Part shown: positions 33,582 through 46,800 of the stretch, piece by piece | Layout: every line of letters starts with the position of its first letter | How positions within the stretch are numbered: position 1 is the first letter of the stretch | Assembly (NCBI GenBank): GCA_013239625.1 | Contig: MU053934.1 | Coordinates: 4,358,399-4,422,398 of the forward strand | Direction of reading: 5' to 3' | Source of the DNA: Lama guanicoe | Lineage: Eukaryota | Length of the DNA stretch: 64,000 nt | Notes under the pieces: model-generated | What the model saw: the letters and a program-made list of their open reading frames with translations, nothing else | Databases searched by the model: none | What the model was told of the DNA's origin: nothing | Position numbers and translations under genes: made by a program

Positions 33582-34767
33582 TCTCCTAGAAAAGAACACG
33601 GGCAAAATATTGTCTGACATAACTCAGAGCAATGTTTTCCTAGGTCAGCCTCCCAAGGCAATAGAAATAAAAGCAAAAACAAATGGGACCTCATTAAACT
33701 TACAAGCTTTTTCACAGCAAAGAAAACCATAAACAAAATGAAAAGATAACCTATGGAATGGGAGAAAATGTTTGCAAATGGTGTGACTGACAAATAGTTA
33801 ACTTCCAGAATATACAAACAGCTCATACAACTCAATAATAAAAACCAAACAACCCAATCAAAAAATGGGCAGAAGATCTAAATAGACATTTCTCCAAAGA
33901 AGACCTACAGATGGCCAACAGGCACATGAAAAGATGCTCAACATTACTAATTATCAGAGAAACGCAAATCAAAACTATACCAGTCAGAATGGCCATCATT
34001 GAAAGTCCACAAATGATAAATGATGGAGAGCATGTGGAGAAAAGGGAACCCTTCTACACTGTTGGTGGGAATGTAGTCTGGTGCAACCACTATGGAAAAC
34101 AATATGGAGATTACTTAAAAAACTAAAAATAGATTTAAAATATCATCCAGCAATCCCATTCCTGGTATATATATCCAGAGAAGACTCTAATTCAAAAAGA
34201 CATACACACTGCAATGTTCATAGCAGCATTATTTAAAATAGCCAAGACATGGAAGCAACCTAAATGTCCATCATCAGATGATTGAATAAAGAAGATGTGG
34301 TATATATACAATGGAATATAACTCAGCCATAAAAAAGAATGAAATAATGCCGTTTGCAGCAACATGGATGGACCTAGAGATTATCATACTAAGTAAAGGA
34401 AGTCAGACAAAGAAAGACAAATATCATATGATATCACTTATATGTGGAATCTTAAAAAAAAATGACAAAAATGAACTTAGTTACAAAACAGAAAGAGACT
34501 CACAGACATAGAAAACAAAATTATGGTTACCAAAGGGGAAAGGAGCAGGGGAGGGATAAATTAGGAATTTGGGATTTGCAGATACTAACCACTACATATA
34601 AAATATATAAACAACAAGGACCTACTGTATATAGCACATAGAAATATATTCAATAACTTATAATAACCTATAATGAGAAAGATATGAAAAATTATATATA
34701 TATATATAACTGAATCACTATGCTATTCACCTGAAACTAACTCAACATTGCAAATCAATAAGAAAAA
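33582..34767 (+). mobile_element. 5'-truncated L1 (ORF2 3' part and 3' UTR) inserted in an older L1
   Basis: [17 protein letters not shown]..., MEYNSAIKKNEIMPFAATWMDLE...; near-TSD ttaaataatagagatcgaa (33563) / ttaaataatagaaattgaa (34768). Confidence 0.9.
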
Positions 34768-36429
34768 TTAAATAATAGAAATTGAAAATGATGGGATGAA
34801 CAAAGAGATAGCAGGCAAATTACTTTGTAAAAAAAAGCAAGAGTGGCAATATTACACAAAGTGGAGTTAAAGGCATCGGACAGGTTAAAGAGGGACTAAA
34901 TATGATAACATAAAGGAACAATTAAAGAATAAAATGTAACAATCATAAACTTGTATGTACCAAACAACATAGCAGCCATCTACATAAAGGAAAAATGATT
35001 GTAACCCTAAGTTTGGTTGTAGCAGCAATGTCTCTAGCCCAGGAGATGAATCACGATTGGCCCAAGTCTGTCATGTGACCCTCTTCCCCTTTTCCAGAAG
35101 CTTTTTTAGCCTCTGTTAAAGCTAGAAGTGGCTGTGCAGCCAAGTTACGACCAATCAAACATAAGAAGATGTCTGCTAAGAGAGTTTTCTAATTTTGTTT
35201 CAAAAGACGTTTCAGGCAAGTAGGGTTTGTTTTTCCTGCCCACGAGTGGGATAGAACATGAGATGTCGGGAACTCTTGACAGTTTCCATGCAACCATAAA
35301 ATGAAGAGCATGGGAACAAAAAACCAAAATGTTGAGGATGATGAAGCAAAAAACTGGAAAAAGCATGAGTTCTTGTGGGTTTTGTCCAGCAAAAGTCCCA
35401 CCACGGAAGAACAAAATTACTCAAGACTTTATTAAGTCAAGAGAGTGAGAAGGAGCCAGAGACCAACTCCTCGACCTCTTTCAGGACTCGTATTTATGGA
35501 GAATAAGCAAACAAAGGATCAGAGTAAATACATCTTAGGCATGTGAAGAGGGGGCTACAAGCATAGCAGAATGTATAAAGTTTAGCAAGTATGTAAATAG
35601 GCAAGAGTCATAAATTCTTCCAAAGAGGCACAAATGGTTGTTTTAAGCCCTAAGCAATCACAAGAGAGGTTGCGATGTTCCTGTTCCAGGGACTAGATAA
35701 AAACAATCAATACTGAGGAACAGACCACCACAAAGTTTCTTCACAATGATTCAGAGATAATCTAAGCAAGCAAAGCAGCCCAGTTTTTCCGAGCTAAGGG
35801 CTAAGTCACAGTGTTCTGTGAGCGTCAGCAGCTCTACTCTATCCACCTACGCCTTAGATAAGTGAAGCGTGTCTTGCTGGTTAGAGCAAGGGACAATGCA
35901 TGGTTTTCCATTTGCAGAAGCAGCCCTCAACCTATGACCTCAAGCTATGCCAACAGGCAAAGCATGTCTCTGCTTTTTACGGCTAGGAGACGGATTGTAA
36001 CAGTGTTCTGCTAGTGAAGCAGCTTTAAAGCAACTAAACTTAATTATCAGGGTAGTATTCTGGTCTGTTAATCAAGGCTTGCATTCTTACATGATTTTCA
36101 CAAAGCGACATATGAAACTGATTCAATTAACAGAGTGATATATTTAATAGTATTAGAGGTTTGTGCTTTTATAAAGACCACAGAATAATATGTGAAACTT
36201 ACTCAATTAAACATATCACAGTTTGTTAACCCAAGTTTGTACTCCTACAAGTTCTTGATGTCATTGTTAATATCCGCTCTAGAAACAGTATCTACTCTAG
36301 AAATATTTACCTCTAATATCCCTGTTAAATAAAATAATAAATGTCTGCATTATTCAAGTCTACTGGTCAGATATTTTGTTATTAAAGATATTTGTATCAA
36401 AATATGCCCTTACTTATGTAACTTTAAAC

Positions 36430-37750
36430 CCAAATCTAGAGAACATAGCAAAAGCTATACTAAGAAAAAAATTAATAGGCTAAATGTTTTTATTACAAAA
36501 AAAGAGATAAATACAGAAATTTACTACTCATTTTATGACATTAGAAAAAGCAATGAAAAGCCAAAAACAGGAGGTTAATAAAAACCAAAGCTGAAATTAA
36601 ATAGAAAATTGTAATTGATAGGTCAAATAAATAAAAAAATATGTTCCTTGAGAAGACCAATAAAGTAGATACATCCAGAAAGAATCTGATAGAAGAAAAA
36701 GGCAGCAAAAATATACAAGATAAGGTATGAGAAAGGAAAAATAACCCTGATACAGGGAAGACTAGGATTATAAAAGAACATTACATGCAAATTTATGGAA
36801 ACAAATTTGAAAACCTTGAGGAAATGAACAATTTCCTAGCAAAATATAAATTAACAAAAGTCACCTAAGAAGAAGTAGACTTGAGGGATCTATTATCATG
36901 GAGAGGATTGGAAAGATAAAGATCCACCACCTGAAAAAGAAAAAAGAAAGAAAGAAATGCACTAGGACCAAATGTATTCACTTTCTATCAAACCTTTAAA
37001 AAGTATATAATTTCAGTGTTAATCAAAGATTACAAGTTACATAAATTTCCCCCAACTCACATTGTGAATAAACCTAGTTATAGATCAGGAAATAGATCAA
37101 TAGAATTCATTACACAACAGATTAAAGAAGACAAACCATGTGTTCAGCTTTTCACCCTTGAGTATGATGTTAGCTGTGGGTTTGTCATATCCGGCCTTTC
37201 TTACGTTGAGGTACCTTCCCTCAATGTCTGCTTTCTGTAGAGTTTTTATAGTAAATGGATGTTAAATTTTATCAAAAGTTTTTTCTGCATCTATTGAGAT
37301 AATCAAATGTATTTTTTCTTCCTCTAATCATTTCCTCTAAATTCAGCAACAAGACATTGATGTCCACTCTCGCCACTTTTATTCAACACAGTTTTGAAAG
37401 TCCTAGCCACAGTAATCACAGAAGAAAAAGAAATAAAAGGAATCCAAATTGGAAAGGAAGAAGTAAAAACTGGCACTACCTGCAGATGACATGATACTAT
37501 ACATCGAAAATCCTAAAGATACCGCCAGAAAACTCTAGAGCTCATCAATAAATTCAGTAAAGTTGCAGGATACAAAATTAATATACAGAATTTATACAAT
37601 GGAATACTACTCGGCCATAAAAATGATAAGACAATGCCATTTGCAGCAACATGGATGGCCCTGGAGAATGTCATTCTAAGTGAAGTAAGCCAGAAAGAGA
37701 AAGAAAAATACCATATGATATCATTCATATGTGGAATCTATGGAAAAAGA
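36430..37750 (+). mobile_element. L1 ORF2 fragments including an inverted segment at ~37141-37305
   Basis: Recognisable RT-region L1 sequence on both strands, followed by the ORF2 C-terminus. Confidence 0.75.
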
Positions 37751-37759
37751 AAACAGAAC

Positions 37760-38247
37760 ATAATGCTATTGAACAAGAAAAATTAAACATGAAATTCTCT
37801 GTGTTTGCTTGGGCCTCCTCCCTCCCTCCCTTATGTGCAGTATGCATCTGCACATTAACCAGAGCTCTTCAAAGGTGGGAGTGCCTGCTCAACCAGAAAG
37901 ATCAATTTTTTTTCCTTTCTTCTGATGCTATCAACGTTACTTCTTAAGAGAATAGTGATTGTTCCCACCTCTGTAGGGGGTCATGGTGACTTGCTGCTCG
38001 CCTTGTCTGTGCTTACCTGGACTATGTATCCTTGGTAAACTTTATGTAAAATATCAGTGGGTCATTTTGATATATGAGCCTTTGTCTCAAAAATGTATAT
38101 GACTGTGCCTCTGACTTCTAACTAATAGGTGGAACAATTCTTAGAGCTTTCTGAGAATCTGCTTCCTGGGTTATAATGCTCAGTTTGGCTAAAATAAAAT
38201 TCCCTCTTTTATTCTTAACTTAATAGTTAATTGAATTTTCGTTGACA
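37760..38247 (+). mobile_element. ERV1-type LTR (5' boundary approximate)
   Basis: AATAAA and terminal ...gttgaca, similar to the LTR ending at 6754. Confidence 0.6.
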
Positions 38248-38459
38248 CGAGGAAACATCAGATGAGCCCAAGTTCAAGGGCCCACTTCAGATAGCTCACT
38301 TACCTGTCATTGGACATACAGCACCCATAGCTGGGGGAAGCAGGGAAGGGAATTGGGAAAAAGAGCATTTTGTTGGATAACTGCCACTTCCTCTCCTCCC
38401 AAATAATGAAGGTTCTGTCAGCAGAAAGACAAATTGCGTGTTGGTAGGTAACCGTCAAG

Positions 38460-38838
38460 AGCTGATTTGTGTCTCCACTTAAAATGCATGTGTTGGAGTC
38501 CTAATCCCCAGGACCTCATGTGGCTGCGTTTGGAGATAGAGCCTTTAAAGAGGTGATTAAATTAAATGAGGTCATACGGGTGAACCCTAAGCCAGTGTGA
38601 GTGGTGTCCTCATAAGAAGAGGGGAGTAGGACACAGACACACACAGAGGGAAGACCGGGTGAAGACTTGGGGAGAAGAGGGCCGTCTACAAGCCAGAGAG
38701 AGGCCTCGGGAGAAACCACTCTGCCGACACCTTGATCTCAAACTTCTAGCCTCCGGAACTGTGAGAATATAAATTTCTACTGTTTAAGCCCCACCCGTCT
38801 GTGGTCCTTTGTTCTGGTGGCCCTAGGACACTGATACA
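38460..38838 (+). mobile_element. MLT1 (MaLR) LTR
   Basis: ...tttggagatagagcctttaaagagg...gccgacaccttgatctcaaacttctagcctcc...ctgataca. Confidence 0.85.
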
Positions 38839-39619
38839 GCAACTAAGGCTGTCAGCCTCGGTGCGGCACTGGGTTGGGGAGCGCAGGACTCGGGAGACAG
38901 TCAGCCCAGCCGGGCCCTTCTTCAGCAAGAAGTGGGTACAAAGAACCAGAAGCCGGGGTTGGGGGTGCAGGTGCTTCATGGCTGTTGGAAGCACTTTATT
39001 CCCTCTTACTGTTTGTGTCCTGACCTTGACGTCCATGTCAGAAGCCTCTTGGGAAGAACCTCCCACTTCCATAGGAACCAGCCTGGCTGGTTATTTCTGG
39101 AAAGCTGACCACTCTGTTCAATTTTAGTATATGTGCTGCAGAAGCAAGCACTGACCACTCTGTTCAAATGTCACAATGTCCAGAGTGGGTGTGTTCCCGA
39201 GGTCTGTTTGTTGCTCAGGAGGCCTGTTTCCACCACTTACCAATCCTCCTGGGTGCGCTCTCTACTGGCTGCCTGTTTAGCTCCTGTTGGTTCCTCTCCC
39301 GCTCTGACCTCAGCCACTTTGCTACCTTATGGAAATTCCTCACCATTTCTCCTTTGTTGGATGCCTCCTTTCCTGTTTTCCAGTCCTGCTATCCATCTTT
39401 CTCTCATTTCAGCTTGCATTTTATTAGTTGGTTGCTTGATTGACATTTTATTGGGATTTTAGGAGGGAGGAGAGAGAAATGCTTGGGGTCAGTTTGGCAT
39501 CTTGGACCAGAGCACTCACCACAGAGAAAACTGTTAAGAAATGGGAGGATAGGATGAACTATCTACCTGTCTGGTGGTGGATGACAGCCAGCCCCCGTCC
39601 TTGTGCCTCCAGGGCCTAC

Positions 39620-39840
39620 ACAAGCCCAGCATGGAATGGCCACGGTGGAAGAAGTGGAGACTATGAATGGGGCCAACAGCATGCGCTTCCTCTCACAAAG
39701 CCGGTCCCAAGGTTCGTTACTGCAGCTGATGAGTGTCCAACCTGTCAGAGGTGGACACTGAGGGCAGGCCCTCGATGTGGTGCCATCCTTCAAGGAGATG
39801 GGCTGGAAATTTCATAGCAAGTTGATTACATTGGACTTTT
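39620..39840 (+). mobile_element. ERVL/MaLR integrase remnant
   Basis: GHGGRSGDYEWGQQHALPLTK...ECPTCQ...PRCGAILQGD...*QVDYIG matches the ERVL integrase HHCC/core start. Confidence 0.75.
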
Positions 39841-40644
39841 TTCCTACTGGAGGGGTCAGCTGTTCACACTTACCACACCAGACACCCACTCAGGATGCGG
39901 GTTTGCCTTCCCTGTCCTCAGTGTCTATGCCGTCACCACCACCATTATCCTGCGGAGCTGGGGCTGTTGAGCTGTTTCTCCCTCTTCTACTGACACTTTC
40001 ATGGCTGTGGCCACCACCATCCCCTTCCACTGGGTGGCCGCGTGGCCTCTTATCTGTTCTTCTCACTGCCTGTCCTGTTCCCATCCGGTCTCTGCTCTCT
40101 TCCAGGGACGAACCCAAGTACAGATGTGCTTGGAGGGATCTCCTGACTCTCACTCATGTTGGCTCTGACTACTACTCTCTGGGTTCAGTCAGGTGTGCTG
40201 AGCTTGGCTGAACAGAATAGTAGATGAGAGTCAGCCCATGACAGTCCTGGGTTCCAGAACCTGCAATGGCAGAGACCTGGGATGCTGACCACTCCTAGGC
40301 TCCAGGACGGAATATTCTTGGCAGGAAGCAGAGAAAAGATGGAGAAGAAATCAGAAGCACTGCCCAGCTTCTGATGAGACCCGACAAGGACCACGACAGT
40401 GGGCGTCCCCCTCCCGCCCCCATCTACACTCCCATTTCCAGCTCCCAATCACTTTCCCACCTATCACCAGAATTAATCTGTACACTACATCTGGAAGTCT
40501 AAGAAAACTAAAGGACATGTCCAAGATCATGGCCAGTGACTGGCAGACCTGGGACCAAGGTCCCCGTCTGCTGACCCCAGAGCTGGAGCTCTTTTGCCGG
40601 CACAGCTGTGACACAATCACAAGGAATGATCGGATGCTCAAGAG

Positions 40645-43600
40645 CTTTTTTAAAATCATCTTTAATGTACTTTTAATAATTTTTGCCTCATTTACCAGAT
40701 AAATCATCTAAATAAATAGATGCTATACAGTCTCTTACCAATAACTATCAGTACAAAAATAAAACCGTGCTCTGCGTCCACTCTAGCTCTCCCCGCACAC
40801 ACTGTCGGAAAAGGCATGTGCTTGGAATTGACTCGTGCCCCTAATCCCTCCCAAATACATTCATTTAGTCTGAACAAAGCTCATGCTCATTCTGTGCAAA
40901 GGAAGCGTTCTTGTGCTAAGACCTTGAGGCCAGGCTGGCCAATTATAAAGCAAAAACTACACCACCTGACAAGCGAAGCGCCTTCCCTGGGGCAGGAGCA
41001 GAGGAGGAAGGTGGCTATGGGACCACAATCCTAAGAGCGGTGGTCCTTGTGTGGCCCGGCAGCATTACAAGTGCCGTGCCAGGGTGGAGAACATTCTCCT
41101 TGCCCCACCCTGCAGCAAAAGAAAAGTACCAACCGGTCTCTCTACATTCAAAACAGGTGGGGCTGGGGGAAGGCAAGGCAGGTGGTCCAACTTTTTCAAT
41201 GTTCCCCCCCAAGTGAGTACTGGCCTTCTCGGGTGGCGGTGGGGTGGGGTGAAGTCGCTCAGGGCCGGTGGAGGCCTACAAGGCCACTCTCAACCCCTCA
41301 TGAGGTCTTGTCCTGGGTCCTGGGCAGGAAGGTCCTAACAGCCTGCAGTCCTTCCCCTAGGGAGTCTCCACCACAGCTCCTGAGTCCTGCTCCCAGGGTC
41401 AGAGAGCAGGGAGCCCTGTGGGCCCTGAAGGCCTGAGAGGGAGGCAAGAAGTATTCTACTGCAGCAGCCGCCTAATCCCACAAAAGAGCTGGGCAAACCT
41501 GCAAACTGCACAAACATCTCTTCAACGTGAGGAAGGAGGAGGCCCATGTCCCCTGGGGAAGGGGGAGTGTGACTTCTATTGGAAGCTGCCAGCCGAGTCC
41601 CAAAGCCAGGGCCAACAGCATTCTGATAGAACAAGGCCCCTGCCACTGCCCTCCTCCCCTCTGCTGGGACCCCCTGTTCTGGGACAGCCCCCAGCTCAGG
41701 CTGCCCTTCCCCTCTGCAGGGTTCTTTCCCTGGTCCACCCCCACATACTCCTCTAGACTCAACCCCCTAGGCTGGGGGTGAGTCAAGTCATCTGGTGGGT
41801 GGGGGAGAGCCATCCCCCAATGGAAGCACTGAATTGACCCTGGACAAGGAAGGAATACGGAGGAAGGAGAGACAGAGACTCAGGGATCTGGGAGCTTGCC
41901 AGCAGGCACCCCAAACAAAAATGGGGGGCAGGCTCTCTTTGGTTTGGGAACTTGGGAAGAAAGGGTCTAGAGAAAGAACTGCCCTATTTGAGCCTCAGCA
42001 AGATTCTACTGACTTCCTCAAGACAGAGTGTGGAGACAGCCCTGGAAGAGGGCAGCAAGGAGACTGGAGTGCCTGGTCTGAGGGGAGGGAGCCAGCCTTT
42101 CTCTTGCTCCCCTGGTGCCCACCCCTAACCTGGCTTTTTCTCTCCTACAGGGCCTGGAGAGGGGAGCGGTCACTCCTCATTGCCAGAGAAGCTACTAGGC
42201 CACGGGGCACGTTTGTATAGACCAGAAACTGAGTGCCTTCTCCTCTGGCAGACACAGCCTCTTGCCAGGGCGTGGGGCTTGTCCACACCCTGATGCACCA
42301 TCCACTACAGCACGACCACAGGAAGACATGGCAGAGGTCCCCCTGACAGGAAAACACGGTTAGCCCCAGCTGCAGCACTGAGGGTGGATGGAGAGGAGAC
42401 AGAATGGAAGGAGGAACGGCGTCAGGAATCGAGAGCTGTCCTGAGAAGGTGGTGGGACGCTCCCTCCCTCCCTGACCACTCACATCTGGGTTGGCTGAGT
42501 CAGAAGGGAGGGCAAAAAAAGAGGGAAGAGGGAAGGGCTGTAAAGTCACCTGAGTCAGAGAGAACGGGAGCCCAGGGATGGAGGGGAGAACAGAGCTCAA
42601 GTGCTTCAGAGCTGGTGCTGGTGCACAGCACACCTGCACGGAGGACACTTGCGCACCTGCGGCTGGCCAGGTGAAACCGCAAGACTACATCCGCATGCCT
42701 GGAGCATCAGGGGCCATCCCCTTCCCTCAAACACACACACCGGCTGGACCCTTGCCCTCCACTGACAGCTGCCAGCACACTGAGTTGGACAGATCCTGTC
42801 AGGTGAAGTGCTGAGCAAGGTGCGGTGAGTGAGGGGTGCCCGTGGCAAACTTTTGCGCTGTGGATCACCCCCTCCATTCACCTGGTCAGAGTTTCTAAAC
42901 AGGAGGTTTGCAAGACGCACTGCACACATCTGTGGACATGTGCACGCAGTCATGTGGGCAGTATGCACACACCCACGCAGCTGGGTGCGCAAGGGAGCAG
43001 TTTTCACAGGTCAGGTGAGGGGGGAGCGCTCAGTGGAAGGAGCTCAGCTGGCAGCCGCCCCCAGGGAAACGGAGAGATCTTTCTAAAGGGACAGGGTGGC
43101 CCACTCCACAATCTCAAAGCCTTCTCCAGCCCCTTAGCTCTCTGACCCAATCACTTTTGGTCAAAGCCAGCCTCCATATCCCCCCCACAAAGCTGGAGTG
43201 GAAAGTTAAAAATAAAGAGCGCCCCCCCACCCCGCCCAACACACACACACACACACACACACACATTCACACACACACACACATACACACACACATCACA
43301 CAAGAAAAGGGGAAATCAACCAGAAAGGCTGGGTGGGCTGCTCGAGGGGGAGGGTTCAGGCCTTCCTCCTTTGTTCTGGGACCAGCCGCTGTCTATCTAG
43401 AGAAGAATGGTGACAGAGGTGTTCCTGACCCCAACCTGCCTTGGAGATGGTACCCCATCTGACAGAGCAGCGCCAGGCCCCCCCAGGCCCAGCCACGGAC
43501 ACATCTGCAGCCTCTCTGTAAACATCCGCGCAGAGAAAGGGGCGGGGCGGAGGGAGAGTATCGGGATTTCACCCCCTTCTCCTATTCAATGTTTCTTTTG

Positions 43601-43699
43601 TTAAATAAAATAATTATCCCGCCCCTCCCCCTCCCCCTTTCTGGAAGTCCCCACCCCAAGCCCAAAAGAAAACAGTTTAAGAAGAATAAAAATGGTGAT
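40645..43699 (-). other. CBX7: CBX7 3' UTR (~3 kb); polyA signal ATTAAA at 40661-40666 on the minus strand
   Basis: Largely repeat-free stretch after the stop codon ending at an AT-rich polyA signal; the exact end is inferred. Confidence 0.6.
43239..43300. repeat. (CA)n/(TG)n microsatellite in the CBX7 3' UTR
   Basis: Seen directly. Confidence 0.95.
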
Positions 43700-43857
43700 T
43701 CAGAACTTCCCGCTGCGGTCTCGGAAGAAGCCCTCGGCTGCCTGGGCCTCGCGGAAGGTGACGGTGATGGAGTTGGCCGTGATATCGGTCACTGTCACTT
43801 CACTTGGGGGGAGCGTGGGTGTCCAGGAAGGGGGCCCCTCGGCCAGCTCTGCATCTG
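43700..43857 (-). CDS. CBX7: CBX7 exon 6 (Pc box, stop)
   Basis: cag|ca gat gca ... aag ttc tga. Confidence 0.95.
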
Positions 43858-46800
43858 CTGCAGCCACGGGACAAAGAAAGAAAGACGGGGACTGCGTTGG
43901 CAACAAGGTGGGGAAGGTGGGAGTGGGCGGCAGCATGTCGACCACCTCCCATCCCACCCCCAACACCAGACCATCTTCTGAGTCTCCAGCCAGGGCAGGG
44001 CTGGTTCAAGGACGGACACACAGGAGGAGGTAGCTACATTTATCTTCCCAGGCTGGACACGAGCTCATCCCGAGCAGGGCCACAGGAAGAGCTCCGGGCT
44101 GGGCGCCAGGGCCCCCACAGACTGCGTGGCCTACAGAGCACCCGGGCCCTCTCTGGGCATGGGGCCAGCTGGGCCTGACGACACGAGGGGCCTTTCCTTC
44201 TCTGAGGGTCCCTGGGCCTGGCCGCCTTACCCTCCTCTTCGGGGGGCTGCTCAGCAGGCTCCCACTCGCTGGCCGCCTGCAGGACGTCCGTGGCCGGTGA
44301 CTCCTGAGGGAAGAGCTCCCGTCGATGGCTGTGACTCTCCAGGTTGGGCCCGCGGGGCGGGAACTTCTTGCGTGAGAGCCGCAGGTACTTGTGGGCCTTG
44401 CGGGGCTTGCGGAGCGGGAAGGGCAAGGTGGGCACCAAGGGGCCCTTGTCCACCAGCTCGGGCGCCCCCGCCTTGACCACCCCCTCGGGGCTCCCGCTGC
44501 CGAGTGGGCGCGTCAGGGAGAAGCAGAGCTTCTCCTTGCCCTTGGCCTTGTGGGAGCTCCGCAGGTCCATGCTGTACAGCCGCTGCGGGGGCAAGCCAGG
44601 GCACGGCGGGTCAGCCCTGCCCTCCCACCCACTGCCGCGCCTTTGCTCATGCTGTTCCTCCCACCCTGAGTGCCCTTCCCCACGTTTCCCAGCTCAAAGC
44701 CCGCNNNNNNNNNNNNNNNCACCCCCCACCCCCACCTCCCACCGCCTAGAGTGCTGCCCTTGACCAGACCCAGCCCTGGCCCCACGGCCTGGCCCAGCGC
44801 AGCCCACGCTGCGGCCTTATCTCCCCAGTGCTCTAAGTGGCTCAGGGACAGGACCACAGGGCATACTCCTTTGGTACACAGCAGAGGAGCACACAAGACT
44901 ACACACTGAAAACTCACCAACAAAAACCAAATCTGGATTGATGAGGCAGATAAATTAAGGAATTATTCTTCACTATAGGATAGGAATCTTTGCTTCTACA
45001 GGGCCCCCCAAAGCTGAAACAGCCAGCCCGCCAGGGCTATGGTGGTAGGCGCAGGGCTCTGAAACTTCTTGGGGCAAGTCAACCAAGGGGTACACATAGC
45101 ACTGGGTGCACCGTGTCACCCAGCCACAGGGATGGTGCACTGCCAGCCGCCTGCAGATACCCTGGGACCCCTCCAGGGCACTCCTTGGCTCTGAGCTGCA
45201 GTGGCCCTACCAGGGTCCAGCCCTCTGTTGACATCCTGCTCACTCCCGTTAAAATGGGCTGGGAGGCACATTCTTCCACCACTCAAAGGCTGAAGTTTTG
45301 TCATTTGTGGATCTGTCTTATTGACTTTGGGGGAAATTTATACAAATCCAAGAAAGATCCTTGATGCTTGAATGTTGGGAGGGCCTGGATCACTCTCGGA
45401 CAGTACCTTCTTCTATGACCTGTCACCAGAGGCCAAGAGCTCCCAGGAAGAGAGTGAGGCCATCAAATGGGACCTGTAAGTCAAAGTTTTGCCCCATCTC
45501 AAGTTGGGAGCAAAGATCTCATGTGCAAACTCCATTCCCCAGTCCCACCTGCTAATGCCCATCACTCAGCAGGGAGTGTGGGTTGTTACGGTGATGGGAG
45601 GAGGGCTGAACCCGGAGGAGATTGCAAAAATACTGCAATGCTAAGAGGGCTTATCCTATATGCAGCTTTATCAACACCCACTCCTTCAGCCTAGCTCATA
45701 GGCTATCATCACAGGACTACTAAACTCTCATACAATTCTGTCCTCCTCTACCTCACCATGGGAAAATTACAGCCAATAACAGATCCAGGAGCACCAGGAG
45801 TCAGCTCTGGGCTTTAATCCAATTGTGTGACTCTGGGTGAACTACTGGCCTCTCTGAGCCTCGGTTTCTTCATCAGTGAAATGATGCAGAAACTGACACA
45901 GCCAGCCTCCAAGACAGCTCCAAATACCCACCTCTGGGAATTCACACCCGTGTGGAGTCCCCTCTACACTGAATACTGTGGTGTGGGACTTTCGAGGTTA
46001 AGTCACTTAAGACACTGTGCTTTGTCCTTGCTCTGTGTCTTGGATTGCCCACTCTGGCGGAAGCTAGTGGCCATACTGGGAGGCCACCCAGTGGCGCCAT
46101 GGAGAGGTCCAGTGGTGAGGAACCAGGCCTCCTGTCTACATCCAGCACTGATACACTGGGCATGAGTAGCCACACTGGAAACAGATCACTCAGGCCCTTG
46201 TTAAGTCTTCAAGTGAGTGGTTCCCAGAAGACATCATGGCTGTAACCTGAACTAGAATCACTAAGGACCAGCTAAAGCACTCCCAAATTCCTGACCCACC
46301 AAGACTGTGTGATAGTAAATGTTTATTGCTCTAAGTTAGCTCAGTTTATTGCTAAGTCGTTACACAGCAATAGATGACTGATACACCTTCCCTGTAGGTT
46401 TGGTGTGCAGATGAAGTGTGTTCATTTGTGAAGAGCATGGAGCACAGAGTTTAGCATGGAGAAGATGTCTGACTGATGCTACTCCCCTTCCCAGGACCAA
46501 TTCACACCAAATTCTGTGGAATCTGCCCACCGCTAGAAGGCAGGCCCATCTAGTCTGCAAAAGCCTCAGGTGATTTACAATTAAGAGTGAACAGGAGGCT
46601 GGGCATGGTTCACACTGCACGTGGACCAAGAGGCCTTGTTATTTGGCTTTAAATACCTGGGTGAGCCTTATTAAATTAAGGGCAGGACATAATCTTATCA
46701 TCCTGATTTTATACATGAAAAAACAAGCTCAGAGGCTTGCCTCCAATCACATAACTACATTACTTGAGGCTCCATCCTCTTTTCAGTGCAAACCAGAGAA

